64,000 nt of DNA from a virus (taxonomy: Duplodnaviria; Caudoviricetes): the IMG/VR virus record IMGVR_UViG_3300032259_000003, positions 12,589-76,588 of that record; one strand, 5' to 3'. Both the position numbers and the translations under genes were made by a program. The notes beneath the pieces were generated by a model. That model ran no database searches, was not told where the DNA came from, and worked only from the letters and a program-made list of their open reading frames with translations. Below, one piece after another: positions 17,824-25,608 of this stretch (the first letter of the stretch is position 1; each line of letters starts with the position of its first letter).

Positions 17824-18741
17824 TTATCCTGTCGCTAAAATTCGGTTACGGCGTTCAATCTCTTCTTGTGATAGTTTGGGCTTGCTTTTGTTCTCAGCAT
17901 AAAATTCGTGATAATGTTCCCCGAACTTGGTCGCGTCTCTCGGAATAGATACGTCGGGGTATTTTTTTGTATACCACACTTTGAACCGTTTTAGATGTTC
18001 CGCGGTACAGTCCGTGTTATTCGCCTTGTGGATACCACACACTACTTTTTTAACTTTGCCAATTCGCGCTCCAATGGTTTTACGTGTGTCTTTATCCATC
18101 GCGTCATACGACTCTATATTGTTATTCCATACGGTAGTCAATAACCAGTCAAATACTTCGTTGCGCTTACGTGGTGCTTTTGGTTCGGGCTTGGGGTCTT
18201 TACCGTTGCCGATGTCCGTTATGCTATCGGCTTGTTGGTCGGAGATGGATTGAGGAACATAGGGTAAAAGCCCCGCGTCGGATTTATCCGACATAGTATT
18301 TGTTTTTTCTTTCTTTACTACCTCTTTATTTTGTACCTCTTTATTTTGTAGTGTGGGGTTTTCCGTGTCCTGGGTTTCCGTAAACGGCTTTCCAGTCAGC
18401 GGCTTATAGTCTGGATTATCGGTCTTTACTTCATAAATGAGGTGGGGTGTGTAGCTCGTAATGCGTTTTGTTTTTTCATCAATGATTTTAGTACGTTCTT
18501 TGATGTAGCCAGCGCTTATCAGCTCTCGAAGGATACGACGGACTTTATCACGGCCACATTGCTGTTGTAAATCAGCTATAATAATGAGCCAATCACTAGG
18601 CTGACTCAATAAATAACCTAATAACCCGCGCGCCTCAAATGATAAAGTCCTATCTTGCAACATATCACGGCGTATCATTGCATAAGGGTTATCTTTATCG
18701 TGCTTTGCTTTTTTTAGTGTCTCGGTCTTTTTTGTGGTCAT
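17824..18741 (-). CDS. Replication initiator (N-terminal winged helix)
   Basis: LSFEARGLLGYLLS...GRDKVRRILRELISAGY HTH, internal repeats, located upstream of the primase-helicase. Confidence 0.75.
   Translation of the reverse strand: MTTKKTETLKKAKHDKDNPYAMIRRDMLQDRTLSFEARGLLGYLLSQPSDWLIIIADLQQQCGRDKVRRILRELISAGYIKERTKIIDEKTKRITSYTPHLIYEVKTDNPDYKPLTGKPFTETQDTENPTLQNKEVQNKEVVKKEKTNTMSDKSDAGLLPYVPQSISDQQADSITDIGNGKDPKPEPKAPRKRNEVFDWLLTTVWNNNIESYDAMDKDTRKTIGARIGKVKKVVCGIHKANNTDCTAEHLKRFKVWYTKKYPDVSIPRDATKFGEHYHEFYAENKSKPKLSQEEIERRNRILATG
18320..18410. repeat. Candidate origin: 15-bp tandem ACCTCTTTATTTTGT x2 plus GGNTTTCC-type iterons
   Basis: Repeats at 18320/18335 and 18357/18372/18386, inside the initiator gene as in lambda O. 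Confidence 0.5.
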
Positions 18742-18743
18742 GA

Positions 18744-19016
18744 CTATTCTTCTCCTTCAAAGTCTGATAAATACCCTGCCTCTGTCAATTCTTTGATAAT
18801 GCGTTTGGCGAAGATTTCCGAACTCTGACGCACGATGTCTGCATAACCAATAGGCTGGTCATCTGTCTGGCTCGCTAAATACACCAATACGCCAATCGCT
18901 TCAAATGATAGGCTCTCATCCTGTACTGTTTCCCGACTCAGGATAAAATAGGCTTTACTGGTTCCGTGTTGGTCGCGGATAATATTAACATCTTCGCTCT
19001 TTTTGTTCGTTGCCAT
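18744..19016 (-). CDS. Stand-alone winged-helix mini-protein, paralogue of the initiator N-terminus
   Basis: QDESLSFEAIGVLVYLASQ...KRIIKELTEAGYL aligns with QDRTLSFEARGLLGYLLSQ...RRILRELISAGYI of 17824-18741. Confidence 0.75.
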   Translation of the reverse strand: MATNKKSEDVNIIRDQHGTSKAYFILSRETVQDESLSFEAIGVLVYLASQTDDQPIGYADIVRQSSEIFAKRIIKELTEAGYLSDFEGEE

Positions 19017-19049
19017 AACTCAAATACTCCTTGAACTAGTAAGCCCTAG

Positions 19050-19078
19050 TTGCATAGAGTCGGGGTTTGTGTTACACT
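19050..19078 (+). promoter_or_regulatory. Antisense promoter TTGCAT-N17-TACACT
   Basis: Consensus spacing. The equivalent in unit B is TTGCAT-N17-TATACT at 57695-57723. Confidence 0.7.
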
Positions 19079-19084
19079 TGGGGT

Positions 19085-19145
19085 ACTTAAGCATATGCTT
19101 CCCTTCCCCGGCTCTACTTTTCGCGAAGTAGGGCTTTCACTTTTA
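19085..19145 (+). ncRNA. Predicted small antisense (counter-transcribed) RNA of the replication operon leader
   Basis: Promoter upstream. Stem-loop 1 (AAGC-atat-GCTT), then terminator hairpin 19111-19134 and a T-rich tract. Structure is conserved with different sequence in unit B. Confidence 0.6.
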
Positions 19146-19161
19146 TTTTGTTGTACCTCTC

Positions 19162-19190
19162 AGTATAACCGAAGTCCTTTTTTGACGCAA
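19162..19190 (-). promoter_or_regulatory. Replication operon promoter TTGCGT-N17-TATACT
   Basis: Consensus spacing; conserved at 57816-57844. Confidence 0.7.
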
Positions 19191-19203
19191 CTAGTTAATG
19201 GTG

Positions 19204-19974
19204 TTAGTTTTGGTCTACTGACTTAAAATAGTCGTTAATTCGCTTGAGTATCTTCTTTGCGTTGCGGTTCCCGTATACCTCGATAAGCCACGTCTCAGGA
19301 TGTTTGTTACTCTTAGATGGATTGCAACCTGTATAACCATTAAACCCGTGTCTATTACCACATAATGGGACCATATTCGTCACTACTGTACCCGGACATT
19401 CTACGCCTGATATTGATGTATCTATTGGTAGCCAATGATCCAATTCGTAGCCTGTGAATAGATCAAATGGCCGCTTACATACCGCGCAAGCGTGGTTAAA
19501 GTATTCGAGCATCGCCTTACAATGTTCATCGGTAAACGTATCAGGCAATGAGTTTTTGCGAGCGATATAACGTTGGTCGTGTACGCGCATCTTATCTCTA
19601 TTTTCTTGTCGATATTGACGCGCATACTCAGCATAGTATTCTTTATTTTCTTGATAGTGTTGACGCTTATACCCAGCATAGTATTCTTTATTCTCTTGAT
19701 AGTGTTGACGATTATATTCAGCGATAGCATCTTTATTCTCTTGTCGACGTTGACGATCATACTCAGCATAGTATTCTTTATTCTCTTGATAATATTGACG
19801 ACAACGCTTAGTGATAGCATCTTTATTCTCTTGATAATATTGACGCTTATGCTCAGCCTCACAAACTTTACACGAGCCCCTTAGCTTACCGGTCTTTTTG
19901 CTTCTAAGGCTATAATATTCAGTTGTCGCAGGCTTACACTCTCCGCATTTCTTGCATGCCTTGGTTTCAGTCAT
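19204..19974 (-). CDS. HNH endonuclease with N-terminal Cys motif and ~15-aa charged repeats
   Basis: CKKC/CKVC, about six RQ(Y/H)YQENK repeats, CAVC...LDHWLP...C...CN.SK. Absent from unit B. Confidence 0.85.
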   Translation of the reverse strand: MTETKACKKCGECKPATTEYYSLRSKKTGKLRGSCKVCEAEHKRQYYQENKDAITKRCRQYYQENKEYYAEYDRQRRQENKDAIAEYNRQHYQENKEYYAGYKRQHYQENKEYYAEYARQYRQENRDKMRVHDQRYIARKNSLPDTFTDEHCKAMLEYFNHACAVCKRPFDLFTGYELDHWLPIDTSISGVECPGTVVTNMVPLCGNRHGFNGYTGCNPSKSNKHPETWLIEVYGNRNAKKILKRINDYFKSVDQN

Positions 19975-20019
19975 GTTCGCTCCGTTTTAACTCGTTATGG
20001 TGTTAGTTTTGGTCTTCAT

Positions 20020-20232
20020 TTATTCATTCCCTTCCTCAAATAATGTCGCCGGGTCAACACCTAACACGTTACAGATAGCAATCATTTTACTAACCCGTAA
20101 CCACGCATCGCCGCGCTCCAGGTGGGATATGGTTTCCCGTCCATAACCTAGTTGGTCAGCAATGTCCTTTTGCGTGTAGCCGAGTGCTTTGCGTCGTTGT
20201 TTGAGTTTGGCAATGATGGCTTGCTCATTCAT
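20020..20232 (-). CDS. XRE-family HTH regulator
   Basis: LGYTQKDIADQLGYGRETISHLERG. Probable start is the ATG at 20232. Confidence 0.88.
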   Translation of the reverse strand: MNEQAIIAKLKQRRKALGYTQKDIADQLGYGRETISHLERGDAWLRVSKMIAICNVLGVDPATLFEEGNE

Positions 20233-20467
20233 GGTCTTCGCGTTCCTTCCATTGCTCATATGAATAATTCCAATCGCTTAATTTGCGCGTGTATTCGATA
20301 GTCTGCGGTGTAGGCTTTATTATATATTTGACATACCATTGGCCGTTAGAATAGAACAAGCTCCGCATGATGTAACGGCGGTCAAAATAGCGATATTCAA
20401 ACCCGTGTACAATTGGCAGCGGGGTCGGTCTACATTCCGAACATTCGCATAATTCGTTATGATTCAT
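20225..20467 (-). CDS. Hypothetical protein
   Basis: Homologue at 58305-58547. Probable start MNHNELCEC. Confidence 0.6.
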   Translation of the reverse strand: MNHNELCECSECRPTPLPIVHGFEYRYFDRRYIMRSLFYSNGQWYVKYIIKPTPQTIEYTRKLSDWNYSYEQWKEREDHE

Positions 20468-21143
20468 CGTTGGCCTCAACCTCATACACTTTTACGAGAT
20501 AGGTTTTGCTTGTGTCTAACCAACCAACAGAATCAGGAATGTCTATTATCTGCGCTCCCCCGTTCAAATCGTCTATTTCATTGGTTATAAACTCTGCAAC
20601 TAGCGTTGTCTTCGGCTTCGGTTCGTTGCCGCGTATGTTCACGGCAATGTATCGTTCCAACCAGGCGCAGGTCATAAAATTGTTACCCGCCGCTTTTAGC
20701 GCGTCAAGCGCGGTTTGCATCCCATACTCAGGATTATTGACAATACCATTTAGCGTTTTGAGATGTGAGTATTTAATGACGGTCGGTTCCCCGTCTTCGG
20801 TATACAGCAAAGGCCAACGGATGTTATCCGGCCATGTCCGCACCGTGTGTAGGTAACTTTGTAGTGTCGCCGGTTTTTTGCCGGTCATGTCCGCTATCAT
20901 TTTGATGTCATCTGGCGACGGGTTTAATAGGGCTAATATGTCGCCTATAGTCCATTGTGACAACTCGGCTTGTTCTAATAGGTTTTCGATTACCAATTGT
21001 GCCGATTCAGTTAAATAGTCGCCGGCGTTTTGTAATTGGTGCATCACGTCTCTATGGTGTTTTGGCGCGTGGTGGTGTGTTTGTACCTGAGTCACGTTAA
21101 ATTCGCTATTTTGCGCGTGTTGGGGTTCAATTTGGGTATTCAT
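20457..21143 (-). CDS. Hypothetical protein
   Basis: 228 aa; homologue at 58537-59217, differing mainly in a ~30-aa C-terminal segment. Confidence 0.7.
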   Translation of the reverse strand: MNTQIEPQHAQNSEFNVTQVQTHHHAPKHHRDVMHQLQNAGDYLTESAQLVIENLLEQAELSQWTIGDILALLNPSPDDIKMIADMTGKKPATLQSYLHTVRTWPDNIRWPLLYTEDGEPTVIKYSHLKTLNGIVNNPEYGMQTALDALKAAGNNFMTCAWLERYIAVNIRGNEPKPKTTLVAEFITNEIDDLNGGAQIIDIPDSVGWLDTSKTYLVKVYEVEANDES

Positions 21144-21421
21144 TCGTCGGTCGCTCCTATTATATTTAGTGCCTGGTCGATGCTATACACTTTTGGGACC
21201 TCATAACCGGTTTGCTCCAATATGTGAGCGTGTAATTTTTGCTGATAGGGAGTCAACCGTCCGCTTTTGTCTTTAACTTCCATTGCGTAGAGTCCGCCGC
21301 GATAGAATACATATAGGTCAATGTTGGTTTCAGCGACCACGACAGCCCCGACTTTTGTCAGGGCTTGAATTATCGCGGGTTCGTTTGCGTCTCGTTTTGC
21401 GGCGCGGCGGTGTTTACTCAT
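21140..21421 (-). CDS. VRR-NUC/PD-(D/E)xK nuclease (Holliday junction resolvase-like)
   Basis: RDANE...IDLYV...AMEVK...LTPYQ. Real start is MSKHRR at 21421, matching unit B. Confidence 0.8.
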   Translation of the reverse strand: MSKHRRAAKRDANEPAIIQALTKVGAVVVAETNIDLYVFYRGGLYAMEVKDKSGRLTPYQQKLHAHILEQTGYEVPKVYSIDQALNIIGATDE

Positions 21422-22091
21422 TCTCAACTTCTTTACGTGCGAGTAAATTAGCCTTGACGGTATCAAGCCCGTGCTCAATGGGTTCCGCACCAAATTCATC
21501 GGTGTATAACTTCATAGTATTAACGAGGTGGTTTTCGTGTTGGTATAGGAACCGTATATCAATATCATTTTTGATCTGTTCCCATAGTGCGCCCTTATTG
21601 GTCAAGCGTTTTTCTAGCATCGTTTGCTCCCAATTTTTTGGTTCTATGGGTGTTCCCTTTGTGTATTGGTTTTCTGAGTCGCTCCCGTCAATGTCCGTTT
21701 CGTCACGGTCACTGATAAGGAAGAGCTTCATTAAAAAATAGCGGTGTGCGTAGGTGGTCGCTTTTCCTATCGCCTTATCATCTAAGTAAGGGCCTTTATT
21801 GCCTTTGGCCTCGATGGGTATTGACTGCGCCCACTGCTGGACAATGACATTTTCCGGCTCGTCAGGGTCTATCAATGTAAACTCATAACTAACCAGGTAT
21901 AGCGTATCGGTTACGGTGATATTGGTCATGGCTGGCAGACAAACTAAGCCAATCTCTGACATATGTTTTCGAGCAACGGTTAGCATAGCGTCAGCTGACA
22001 CATAGCTATAGTTCTGATACGTGTTTGTTTTATCGTCTTTAACTGCACCAATGACACTCATAATTTGAACGATTTTACTTGCTACGGACAT
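21414..22091 (-). CDS. erf: ERF-family single-strand annealing protein
   Basis: NYSYVS and GKATTYAHRYFLMKLFLI..D..D.D are ERF signatures. Confidence 0.85.
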   Translation of the reverse strand: MSVASKIVQIMSVIGAVKDDKTNTYQNYSYVSADAMLTVARKHMSEIGLVCLPAMTNITVTDTLYLVSYEFTLIDPDEPENVIVQQWAQSIPIEAKGNKGPYLDDKAIGKATTYAHRYFLMKLFLISDRDETDIDGSDSENQYTKGTPIEPKNWEQTMLEKRLTNKGALWEQIKNDIDIRFLYQHENHLVNTMKLYTDEFGAEPIEHGLDTVKANLLARKEVENE

Positions 22092-22136
22092 GATCTTATC
22101 CTTATTCTAAAATGGAATTCCATTATTTTCTGGGGG

Positions 22137-22382
22137 TTACACATAGCTGTCGGGCATAATCTTATATATAGATTCTTCATTTGATCGCTGTTTGCAAATG
22201 TGCCGTGTTGTACCATTAATTTGAATACTCAGCATATTCGGGTAAACTTCAATTAACTCAATCCGATTTAACTCAATCCAAATTTCCCCAATTACGTCAG
22301 TTTCAGAGATGTAAAGATTGTGTCTTTCTGATCCGCTTTTGCCCTCATTGGAAGCGTATCCATGTATACATTTAACTATCAT
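22137..22382 (-). CDS. Hypothetical protein (present only in unit A)
   Basis: 81 aa between ssb and erf, flanked by a duplicated junction. Confidence 0.6.
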   Translation of the reverse strand: MIVKCIHGYASNEGKSGSERHNLYISETDVIGEIWIELNRIELIEVYPNMLSIQINGTTRHICKQRSNEESIYKIMPDSYV

Positions 22383-22399
22383 GTCGTTTTATCCTTATC

Positions 22400-22786
22400 C
22401 TAAAATGGGATTTCGCCACCATCAGCCGGTGGTAAACTTTGGGCCGTGTTGCCGTCGCTCTTGCCTAAAAACTGTACCGAAGTCGCGTTAAGGTCCAAAC
22501 TGGCTGCGGCTTCTCCGTTGTTGTTCATATAGGCGCGGGTGGAAACGTTACCGATTGCCATCACCTGAGAGCCTTTTTTAAGGTACGTGTTACACGCCTC
22601 AGCCGGTGGACCGAAGATGGCCACTCGATACCACGTTACGCGTTCCCGTTTCTCATTGGTCGTTTTGTCCGTCCAGGACTCCGAGACCGCTACGCTAAAA
22701 TTACAGACCGCTTTGCCGCTCTGCAAATATTTTAACTCCGGGTCGCCGCCCAAATTGCCTACAATAATTGTTTGATGGTAACTCAT
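22400..22786 (-). CDS. ssb: Single-stranded DNA-binding protein
   Basis: IVGNLGGDPELKY...FSVAV...TWYRV...LKKGSQV...EIPF. Start is MSYHQ at 22786. Confidence 0.93.
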   Translation of the reverse strand: MSYHQTIIVGNLGGDPELKYLQSGKAVCNFSVAVSESWTDKTTNEKRERVTWYRVAIFGPPAEACNTYLKKGSQVMAIGNVSTRAYMNNNGEAAASLDLNATSVQFLGKSDGNTAQSLPPADGGEIPF

Positions 22787-23028
22787 GATTGTTCCGTATC
22801 CTTCCATATCATACCGATGCCCTGTGAGATAATACCGTGTTGCGCGGCTTTGTCTTTGAACCATTCGTAAGCGGACCATTGCGCCGCGTTCATGCCTAAT
22901 TCATTCAAAATAGCGCGTATAGATACATGGTCGCTGGTTAGCTTGCGTATCATATCGCGCTCGGATATATCGGGGTGTTGCTTCATATAATTCTTCCATT
23001 GCTGGTTATACGTTGTTTTTTTTGGCAT
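22783..23028 (-). CDS. Hypothetical protein, first leftward early gene
   Basis: 81 aa, AGGAG RBS; homologue at 60477-60719. Confidence 0.7.
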   Translation of the reverse strand: MPKKTTYNQQWKNYMKQHPDISERDMIRKLTSDHVSIRAILNELGMNAAQWSAYEWFKDKAAQHGIISQGIGMIWKDTEQS

Positions 23029-23039
23029 ACTGGCTCCTA

Positions 23040-23150
23040 TTGACTATCAATATACAATATTGTATCATATCTATAGTGATAGTGCAATATAGAACAAATT
23101 AGAACACAGCATGAGAGACAGTTGACAAGATACGTAACATGTAGTATACT
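23040..23150. promoter_or_regulatory. Divergent early control region
   Basis: Leftward TTGCAC-N17-TACAAT (23087-23059), rightward TTGACT-N17-TATCAT (23040-23068) and TTGACA-N17-TATACT (23122-23150). 14-bp palindrome ATACAATATTGTAT at 23052-23065. Confidence 0.78.
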
Positions 23151-23181
23151 GTAGGTAAGATAAACGATAAAGGATAAGCAA

Positions 23182-23565
23182 ATGACTCAGACAATCCGCT
23201 ACTATAAAGACGAAACAACATGCAAAAACTGTGGCCGCCACATTAAAAATGTAGTTGAGGTAGACGGCGTAGAATATGGGATAGTTTGCTGTGATTTATT
23301 CATTGATAGCAAGTCAACAGTACGTAAAATTAAACGCTCCCAATTTGCTGACCTGGTTATGCAGCAGGAACGCGAAGAATTAAAAGCATTACGGTTTGCT
23401 TTACTCGACTATGCAATAGCAATATTACCAGACGTTTTTGGTAAGCCATCACCATTTTTTAACAAGACATCCACCGACTTAAATACATGGTTGGAAAAAC
23501 ATGGGGACCATAAAAATGCTTTAGGTGTTATCGCAATCTTGCAATCACGCCTCATTAAATACTAA
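23182..23565 (+). CDS. Hypothetical protein with Cys pairs (unit A only)
   Basis: 127 aa, CKNC and CC motifs, AAGGATAAG upstream. Confidence 0.7.
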   Translation: MTQTIRYYKDETTCKNCGRHIKNVVEVDGVEYGIVCCDLFIDSKSTVRKIKRSQFADLVMQQEREELKALRFALLDYAIAILPDVFGKPSPFFNKTSTDLNTWLEKHGDHKNALGVIAILQSRLIKY

Positions 23566-23641
23566 CCACCAACCCACGACAACAACCCAAGCCCGGCTAT
23601 GCTGGGATTTTGGGGTAACTGACGATAGAAAGGATAAGATA

Positions 23642-23977
23642 ATGGAACGTAGACGCAAATTATCACGCGCGGAATATGAGGCGCGGAAGAGCAAGGCGGG
23701 CTTATTCTGTCGTGTCTGGCAGCTTGAAGTCGGGGACGTGATAGAGGTCACAGAATTAGAGACATGGGAACATGAATTCGGGCGCTCTTCGGTACGCGTC
23801 GCCAAAAAACATACGATTTTAGCCGGTGACGATTTATTAACCCTCAAACCCGGTCAACAGTACGCGGACATTGCTATACTTGGCGGCCCAAAATATAAAG
23901 AATGGTGTATGGATCCCCTACGTCATGCCGATTACGTGCAATTCTCGAATAGATGGTTATGGAAAGAGGCTGAATAA
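23642..23977 (+). CDS. Hypothetical protein
   Basis: 111 aa from the ATG at 23642; homologue at 61397-61732. Confidence 0.72.
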   Translation: MERRRKLSRAEYEARKSKAGLFCRVWQLEVGDVIEVTELETWEHEFGRSSVRVAKKHTILAGDDLLTLKPGQQYADIAILGGPKYKEWCMDPLRHADYVQFSNRWLWKEAE

Positions 23978-24285
23978 TGAAAAGCTATATAGAATTTGCA
24001 ATGGTTCCAAAAGAAGAAGACCGCTCACTATGGAATGAATCGTGCCAGTTGTGTTTTGGTAAAGTCGATCTTGATAATGTGGATACTGATGATCTTGAGC
24101 AATGGCTACGCCATAGTATGCGTCATAGTGGTGTAAGCTCAAATGTAAATTTTACGGTTCGCACACAATCCCATTTTATCATGTTGATGCACGTATACGA
24201 TTATCTCAATTCGCTTGGCCTAATCAGTGGCATGATTATGACCCAAAATATGATAAATTTTAATGAATTGCGGGAGATAGAATAA
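23977..24285 (+). CDS. Hypothetical protein
   Basis: 102 aa, coupled to neighbours; identical at 61732-62040. Confidence 0.65.
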   Translation: MKSYIEFAMVPKEEDRSLWNESCQLCFGKVDLDNVDTDDLEQWLRHSMRHSGVSSNVNFTVRTQSHFIMLMHVYDYLNSLGLISGMIMTQNMINFNELREIE

Positions 24286-24941
24286 TGAAACAAAAAATTA
24301 ATGGTAAGACATACGATATTAAGCCGAACGCGGATCTATCAGGTGCGGATCTATCAGGTGCGTATCTATCAGGCGCGATTCTCACACGCGCGGATCTATC
24401 AGGCGCGGATCTCACAGGCGCGATTCTCACACGCGCGGATCTCTACCTGGCGAATCTATCAGGCGCGAATCTGGAACGTGCGTATCTATCAGGCGCGAAT
24501 CTCTATCGTGCGGATCTCACAGGCGCGGATCTCACAGGCGCGAATCTGGAACGTGCGTATCTATCAGGCGCGAATCTCACACGCGCGGATCTCACAGGCG
24601 CGGATCTCACAGGCGCGGATCTCACAGGCGCGAATCTCACAGGCGCGAATCTATCAGGCGCGGATCTCACAGGCGCGAATCTCTATCGTGCGAATTTCTA
24701 TGGTGCGAAAGGCATCCATTTGTTCTATATCGCGGGCATGTCTTCACGTAGTGATTACGTCTTTGCAGTAGAGCATACCGATATGCTGATGATTAAGGCC
24801 GGTTGCTTTTGGGGTACATACGCGGAGTTTCGCGCTAAAGTGATTGCAGAAAAAGGCGCGGATAGCATGTATGTTAGAGTCGGGTTAGTCGGTTTGGATG
24901 CATTGAACACATTCTTGTATGGGGAGGATAAGACATCATGA
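24285..24941 (+). CDS. Pentapeptide-repeat protein
   Basis: About 24 A(D/N/Y)L(S/T)GA units plus the shared C-terminal domain. Confidence 0.92.
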   Translation: MKQKINGKTYDIKPNADLSGADLSGAYLSGAILTRADLSGADLTGAILTRADLYLANLSGANLERAYLSGANLYRADLTGADLTGANLERAYLSGANLTRADLTGADLTGADLTGANLTGANLSGADLTGANLYRANFYGAKGIHLFYIAGMSSRSDYVFAVEHTDMLMIKAGCFWGTYAEFRAKVIAEKGADSMYVRVGLVGLDALNTFLYGEDKTS

Positions 24942-25195
24942 CACGAGTCAACAATAGTTACAACATCACCGTGTATGATAACGACAATTTGATGCTACAT
25001 CACGGCATTGAATTTTTGGACAACGAGACCGACGAACTAATTGAGGTTCGCAATTGGTCTTATATCAGTGAATGGCTTGACCTAAGCGAAGCATTTACGC
25101 CTAAAAATGAACATTGCGTAATTTACAATGTGGGCGCGATATTTAACGGTCGCGCGGTATACGGTCGTGACTATGCCATAGTGAGGTTATCATGA
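24938..25195 (+). CDS. Hypothetical protein
   Basis: 85 aa, ATGA-coupled. Confidence 0.65.
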   Translation: MTRVNNSYNITVYDNDNLMLHHGIEFLDNETDELIEVRNWSYISEWLDLSEAFTPKNEHCVIYNVGAIFNGRAVYGRDYAIVRLS

Positions 25196-25398
25196 CGGAA
25201 TTAGAACGCTTAGAGTTAAAGATTACGCCTGAGATAAAGGATACGTTAGGCTGGTTAAAAAAAGAGCTTAATTGTCGTTCCAATAGCGAAGTGGTTAGGC
25301 TGGCTATTGTCAAACTGGCGTTGGATAGCGGTATCAAATTAGAAGACGACACGCCGGCTTGGGGTAGTGGGTTGAATAGAGAGGATAAGCCATCATGA
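25192..25398 (+). CDS. Ribbon-helix-helix (CopG/Arc-like) DNA-binding protein
   Basis: RLELKITPEIKDTLGWLKKELNCRSNSEVVRLAI fits the strand-helix-helix pattern. Confidence 0.7.
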   Translation: MTELERLELKITPEIKDTLGWLKKELNCRSNSEVVRLAIVKLALDSGIKLEDDTPAWGSGLNREDKPS

Positions 25399-25607
25399 TA
25401 ATTAACCTCAAAACTGTAGCTCAAGAAGCTATTCAGCAATGTGATGACTTCCCAGGGTTGCCAATGTTGATGGCTATCAATGACACCCGTCACCGGTTAA
25501 CCGTTGCTGATAAATATACTCAGGAAGATGTGCTCTATCAGGTAGCACTAATGCGCGGCTCACGTCGGGGCAATTTAAACCGTAATTTTAGAATAGGGGA
25601 GTGGTAA
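25395..25607 (+). CDS. Hypothetical protein
   Basis: 70 aa, ATGA-coupled. Confidence 0.6.
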   Translation: MIINLKTVAQEAIQQCDDFPGLPMLMAINDTRHRLTVADKYTQEDVLYQVALMRGSRRGNLNRNFRIGEW

Positions 25608-25608
25608 A

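Noticed and set aside
19590-19860. CRISPR-like array
   Set aside because: These are ~45-nt degenerate coding repeats of the HNH protein with no unique spacers. The pentapeptide repeats and iterons fail for the same reason.
24301-24771. Overlapping 156-aa ORF (also 62056-62526, 19422-19862, 19573-19884)
   Set aside because: Shadow frames kept open by low-complexity coding repeats; no RBS support.
13479-24941. Diversity-generating retroelement (pentapeptide paralogues as template and variable repeats)
   Set aside because: No reverse transcriptase in the complete unit. Differences are not adenine-specific and both copies are full genes.
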